The translations under genes were made by a program, and so were the position numbers. From the NCBI GenBank assembly GCA_951406725.2, contig OX597834.1:25172001-25236000 (forward strand): a stretch of DNA of 64,000 bases, written 5' to 3'. The notes below the pieces were generated by a model that had not been told where the DNA came from, did not search any database, and saw only the letters and a program-made list of their open reading frames with translations. The stretch comes from Octopus vulgaris. Taxonomy: Eukaryota. Of this stretch, positions 57,904-64,000 are shown in pieces (position 1 is the stretch's first letter; each line of letters opens with the position of its first letter).

Positions 57904-57997
57904 CATACATACATACATACATACATACATACATACATACATACATACATACATACATACATACATACATACATACATACATACATACATACATACG

Positions 57998-58105
57998 CTT
58001 ATTTCTGTGTTCCTTCCTGTTGAAGAGCGTAGGCTCGAAACATAAAAGACTTTCTCACTTCACGAGCGTTAAACTAATTAATACACCTGTTTGTTGTTTA
58101 CACAT
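57998..58105 (+). mobile_element. Family H6 element (partial)
   Basis: cttc CTGTTGA a gagcgtaggctc GAAA ca TA aaag. Confidence 0.6.
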
Positions 58106-58660
58106 CCATTTTTCAACTAAAAGGCGATGCTCCAGCATGGGTGCAGTGAAATGACTGAAACAAAGAGTAAAAGAATAAGAGTGTGTGTGTGTATAAATAT
58201 ATATATATATATATGCAGGTGGATATTTTCAGTTCATTTTTAGTGACCGTTACAGTTTTTTTTTTTTCAATTTAATTATTAATTGTTTATTCCACCGTTG
58301 AGGTTAACCCCCTCTGACAGCTAACTCTCACCGGCATTTCTTTGAAATCAATCAAATTAAATTGCTTAGTCGTTGAACTGTAACGACTACATTGTTTTAT
58401 ATTATATTAATATTATATTATATTATATTATATTATATCATATTATATTATATTATATTATATTATATTATATTATATTATATTATATTATATTATATAT
58501 TATGTTATTCTATATTATATCACATGTACCCACAATTTTTTTAATCAGTATCATCGCAACTGTCCGACGGTTATGTGAAATTCTGAGTAACTTACATACT
58601 GATTTGGTATATCCTCTTCCCCTCTCTATATTATGTGATATATATATCAGATAGTTTGGG

Positions 58661-58875
58661 TAAGGCGGCGAGCTGGCAGAATCGTTAGCACGCCGGGCGA
58701 AATACTTTGCAGTATTTCGTCTGTCTTTACGCCTTGGGTTCTAATTTCCTTGAGATCGACTTTACTTTTTATCCTTTCGGGACCGATAAATTAATTACCA
58801 GTTACGTATTGGTGTCGATCCAATCGATTGGCCCCTTCCCCCAAAATTCCGGGCCTTGTGCCTAGAGTAGAAAAG
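58661..58875 (+). mobile_element. SINE family A
   Basis: taaggcggcgagctggcagaatcgttagcacgccgggcgaaat...cctagagtagaaaag. Confidence 0.85.
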
Positions 58876-60404
58876 TATATTATATAATGTTTGTTTTACC
58901 CTCGGAACTCTATAATAGAATATCAAGTAGTACACTGATACCCTACCCATTTTTTTCTTAACCATTATTTTATAATACTTCCTTTTGGGCGTACATATCC
59001 ATATTTCTATAAGTATGTATGTTTATATAGGTTTCTATAATAGGTTTCTGTTGGTATCTTACATGTCTTGAACCTTACTCTGAAAAAATCATCGCTCAAG
59101 ATAGAACCAGTCTAAGATTATTATTAGTTTTCGTTATAAGCAGTCTCAAAAACCCCTTATGTAGCTTTATATCATTTCTGAGTTCATTGTATTACATCCC
59201 TGTATTAATTCCGTTTTGCTTATGGCACAACGACCTCAAAGCATCCTCATACATGATGTATGATCCTTATAAATTGCTGTTCGTTATTATGAATTATCAT
59301 TGCTTCGATATCTATATTTTTCATAATTTATACAACCTCACCTACACCATTTAGGTAATATTATCTCCTACTCTCATTAATGTCACCACTATCTCCTGTC
59401 ATAATTCCGAATTCCTACTCAAATTCTTTCTCCTCTTTAATTTTAAATAAGTTTATGTTGCACACGTATTGAATACTTAATTACATTAAGTATCATCTAT
59501 CTTAATTTCAACTCCTGTGCCTCTATCCCCATCTCAAATCCTAATGTAATAAATCTAGCATAAAATAAAATAAATAGCAAGGAGATACATATATAATTAA
59601 CGCAAGCATTTCCTTACAGGTTATGATAAGAGACTAGACTGCCTGGCTCTTTTCTCTCTCCCATCCCTAGCATGCTCACTAACTGCCCTAGAAGCGATAA
59701 AGTTTTTGTACGCCCTACCCATAACTTCTTAATGTCATCCAAGCTTTGCTCTTTTCTCTCATTCCATCCTACCTTAGTTGGAATCAGTTTTGGTTTGCTC
59801 ACTGCGGTCATGTGTTGTTCTTATATTGTTTGAAATGTTATGTATCATCTGAAGATCGTGGTTTTCTTTTTTATTATGATGTAATGTACTCATCAATCTA
59901 ATTTTAAAATTCGTTGGAAACAGCTGTAAGGAAGTGACACTTATCCATCGTTTGTTATTTATTTTTTCATAATATACCTCACTGGAAGCCCAACCCATCG
60001 GATATTCTGGAGTATATAAAATACCGTATGATCAGTACAACGTACGCTTTTGGATTAGCACATAGGCTATTAAAATACTCATAAAGGTTATATTTTTTGT
60101 ATACATAACCTGAATATTTCACTGGATGTACTCCGGTACACAGTATATTTATTTGATTAAGGGGTTGTTTACAAGTTAAATTCGACCCAACCTGGTGTCT
60201 ATCATTTAAGTACCTCATTCACTCAAATCCTTAATATTGTGCATGTATTTGTGTGTGTGTGCGTGTGTCTGTGTGTCTGTGTGTGAGTGTGTGTGCGCGT
60301 GTGGGTGTGTGCATGCATACATAAGTTTAGTTGCCTTACTCATTGACTCACTCTCGAGAAATTGGAGAATAGGGTAGATTAGATAAACACACAGACAGAC
60401 TGAA

Positions 60405-60465
<61 letters not shown>

Positions 60466-60479
60466 CGAAATATAACAAT

Positions 60480-60905
60480 ATATATAATAATTTTTTGCGT
60501 AATAAGATAAAAAAAAACAAAGGCTGTGTAGATATTAGAACATTTATAGATAGAAGGTCTTACAGCTGTTTCTAGGATATTTATAAATTATATCCCTTCA
60601 TCGGAGACGGTGTGAGAGGAATGTTAAGTAATAGTTAATTTAGTTAGGAGACAAAATAGAGAGTGAGGTGGAGGGAAGAAAATAGATGTATGATATATAT
60701 GGGTGTTGAAGTTGTAGATACAATTTTTTTAGGCAGAATGGTATATATGAAAGATTCCAATACCATATACATACATACATACATACATACATACATACAT
60801 ACATACATACATACATACATACATACATACATACATACATACATTCATACATACATGACGGTTATATATATGACGACTATGTATACAACAGGTGGATTTA
60901 TTTCT
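60480..60905 (-). mobile_element. Hammerhead-bearing PLE-like terminal repeat fragment with an internal (TACA)n expansion
   Basis: Contains H5, is homologous to 63063-63338 and adjoins (TA)n. Confidence 0.6.
60557..60608 (-). ncRNA. Type I hammerhead motif with variant CCGAUGA core (family H5)
   Basis: Minus strand: gtct CCGATGA a gggatat[aatttataa]atatcct a GAAA cagctg TA agac. Stem I gtct/agac, palindromic CAGCTG. Confidence 0.7.
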
Positions 60906-61079
60906 CTGTCTTTCATTCCATTTTATGCAAGACGAGAACATACATATAGATGTCTATATGTATGTATGTATGCATGTACGTATGCATATGTATCTATATG
61001 CTTATACATATATGTATATATGTATATGTATATATGTACATGCATGTATGTGTTTGTATATATATGTGTATATATATAT

Positions 61080-61292
61080 TCTTTTCTACTCTAGGCACGA
61101 GACCCAAAATCTTTGAGGAGGGGTTAGTCGATTAGATCGACCCCAGTACGCAACTGGTACTTAATTTAAACATCCGAAAGGATGAAAGGCAAAGTCGACC
61201 TCGACGGAATTTGAACTCAGAACGTAACGGCAGACGAAATACCGCTATGCATTTCGCCCGGCGTGCTAACGTTTCTGCCAGCTCGCCGCCTT
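61080..61292 (-). mobile_element. SINE family A
   Basis: Consensus match ending ctcgccgcctt. Confidence 0.85.
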
Positions 61293-61366
61293 ATACACAT
61301 TTATATATTAAAGTTAAAACAAATGGAGAAGCATAATCTTAGACATCATCAATTCTCTTCCTATAT

Positions 61367-61498
<132 letters not shown>

Positions 61499-61675
61499 GG
61501 TATGTATGTATGTTTGTATGTATGTAAGTATATGTGTGTATGTATGTGTGTGTGTAAGTATACATATATATGTATAACATGTATGTGTGTGTGTATATAT
61601 ATAAATATGTATGTATGTATACGTGTATCTGTTTTTGTGTATGTATGTATGTATATATGTATGTATGTATGTATG

Positions 61676-61709
<34 letters not shown>

Positions 61710-62147
61710 TGTATGTGTGTGTGTATGTATGTATGTATGTATGTATGTATGTATGTATGTATGTATGTATGTATGTATGTATGTATGTATGTGTGTATGT
61801 ATGTATTTATAGGTCCGGAGGTAATGGAGTGTGATATTATGGCATAAATGTTATATTTTAAATCGCTATTATCAAAATAAATGGAAGTGAAGCTTATTGT
61901 TTTATCTAAGCGTATTAGTTTCAGTTGAAAGAACACAGCGTAATGGAGTATATTATATATATACACAGGCAAGAAGATACGGTGTAAGTGGAAGCGTGTT
62001 GCAACCGGAATTGTGTGGAAGAAGAGTTGACTGAAAGAACACTTCAAATTTATAAACGGCACAACAACTAATAGATTCTTTAACCAACATATCATTAAAT
62101 TCATGTGAATGGATCTAACACAAATATACCTATACATATATAAAAAT

Positions 62148-62301
62148 AGGCGTAGGAGTGGCTGTGTGGTAAGTAACTTGCTTACCAACCACATGGTTCT
62201 GGGTTCAGTCCAACTGCGTGAAAACCTTGGGCAAGTGCCTCGGACCAACCAAAGCCTTGTGAGTGGATTTGATTGACGGAAACTGAAAGAAACCCGTCGT
62301 A

Positions 62302-62333
<32 letters not shown>

Positions 62334-62697
62334 CTCTTTTACTCTTTTACATGTTTCAGTCATTTGACTGCGGCCATGCTGGAGCACCGCTTTTAGTCGA
62401 GCAAATCGACCCCGGGACTTATTCTTTGTAAGCCCAGTACTTATTCTATCGGATCTTTTGCCGAATCGCTAAGTGACGGGGATGTAAACACACCAGCATC
62501 GGTTGTCAAGCAATGCTAGGGGTACAAACACAGACACACAAACACATACACACACATACATATACATATATACGACAGGCTTCTTTCAGTTTCCGTCTAC
62601 CAAATCCACTCACAAGGCATTGGTCGGCCCGAGGCTATAGTAGAAGACACTTGCCCAAGGTGCCACGCAGTGGGACTGAACCCGGAACCTGCGCCTA
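62148..62697. mobile_element. Family B 5' half (+, 62148-62305) joined through (TA)n to a minus-strand family B copy (62333-62697)
   Basis: Two oppositely oriented consensus matches. Confidence 0.85.
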
Positions 62698-62734
62698 TAT
62701 GTGTATGTATATATATATAGTTATACATGTTTAC

Positions 62735-64000
62735 ACTTTTTTCGCCATCAAAGTATTCTCCATTTTCCACTGTTCGAAGCAGTGCCGGAATTCTTGCGAA
62801 ATGATGCCGTTTAACGCCTTCGTCGTTTTTTTTTGTTCACTTCTTCCACATCTGGAAAACCTTTTCAGTTAAGGACTTTTTTCTATTTGGCGCAGGGGCA
62901 AATCGAGGAAGAAAGGAAGTACGTCTTTCTAAATAATGTTATTATGTTCTTTTCTTCTGCAAGTGTATTCTCTTCTAATTTGTGCCCTCCTTCGAAAAAA
63001 TTCCTAGGATTGCACCTGCAAGGGGAACAAGAGAATGTCATAGGAAGCAAGATCGGATGAATAAGGTCTTACAGCTGTTTCTAGGATATTTATAAATTAT
63101 ATCCCTTCATCGGAGACGGTGTGAGAGGAATGTTAAGTAATAGTTACTTTATATAGGATACAGAATAGAGAGTGAGGTGTAGGAAAGAAAATAGATGTAA
63201 GATATATAGGGTTATTAAAGTTGTAGATACAATTTTTTAGGCAGAATGGTATATATGTAAGATTCCAATACCATATACATACATACATGACGGTTATATA
63301 TATGACGACCAAGTATACAACAGGTGGATTTATTTCTCAGGAGGGTTGGTAAGCGTGGTCATGTCATTTTTGGTCAAAAACTTTCTCACATTCAAGACGG
63401 GGTGCGTAGGCGCAATGTCGTGTTGAAACCACCACTCTCCACTTGGCCGCAGGTTGGAGCGTCTCCGTTTCACAGCGCATCACATATGCTTTAGAACTGC
63501 CGAGTAAAATGTCTGGTCAACAGCTTGATCAGGAGGAACAAATTCTGTGTGAACAATTCCTTTGGCATCGATGAAACATCGTCTTAACATTGGACTTCAT
63601 CATCTTGACGTTGGACTTCACTTGACGCGTTTATTTGGGGCGTGGTGATATCGAAAGCTTCTAGTGAATGGATCTAACACAATATATACCTATACAGTCA
63701 CTCCTACGCCTATTTTTATATATGTATATGTATATTTGTGTTAGATCCATTCACATGATTGCTGCTTCGTTTCCGGGTCGTAGCCGTAGAAACAGCTTTC
63801 GTCACCAGTTATGACCTTCGAAAAAACGGTCCGGATCAACTTTTAACTGTTCTTTCAGTTCACGACACACCTTCTGTCGTGACTGCTTTCGATCTTCCGT
63901 GAGCAAGCGAGGCATAAATTTTGATGCAACACTTTTCATTCGCAATTTCTCGCTCAAAATTCGTTGGCAGGACTTCCAAGACACACCAGTCATATCAACA
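62735..64000 (-). mobile_element. Decayed mariner (DD34D) transposon interrupted by three insertions; runs off the window end
   Basis: Minus-strand segments: KFMPRLLT, VITGDESCFYGYDPETKQQS, SPRPK*TRQVKSNVK, IDAKGIVHTEFVP, WWFQHDIAPTH...NPP|YSSDLASYD, EEV..EFRHCFEQWK..GEYFDG. There are 34 residues between the second and third D once the 63066-63338 insert is removed. Confidence 0.9.
63066..63117 (-). ncRNA. Second, identical copy of hammerhead family H5
   Basis: Same 52-nt motif as 60557-60608. Confidence 0.7.

Noticed and set aside
59895-59932. GAAACAGCTGTA half-hammerhead
   Set aside because: No correctly placed CUGANGA or stem I; probably a decayed relative of H5.

Overview
This is AT-rich, repeat-saturated animal genomic DNA. 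The microsatellite load and SINE families look like those of an Octopus genome; that is inferred from repeat content, not verified. Almost all ORFs in the supplied track are artefacts of (TA)n, (CA)n, (TACA)n, (GATA)n and trinucleotide repeats. Only one host coding exon is convincing: the terminal exon (48580-48162, minus strand) of a LigB/4,5-DOPA-extradiol-dioxygenase (DODA/YgiD) family gene, whose upstream exons I could not find in this window. The rest consists of three tRNA-type SINE families, decayed Tc1/mariner elements (one reconstructs to DD34D), R4/Dong-like and RTE-like LINE remnants, and Penelope-like element (PLE) fragments. The main signal the ORF track misses is a set of minimal type I hammerhead ribozyme motifs: five sequence families at seven sites. 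Each has CUGANGA or CCGAUGA, stem II, GAAA, a (near-)palindromic 6-nt stem III, GUH and stem I. They lie in PLE remnants and fold-back elements next to (TA)n tracts, one pair inside a ~340-bp near-perfect palindrome. A sixth, multi-copy family has a non-canonical CUGUNGA core.
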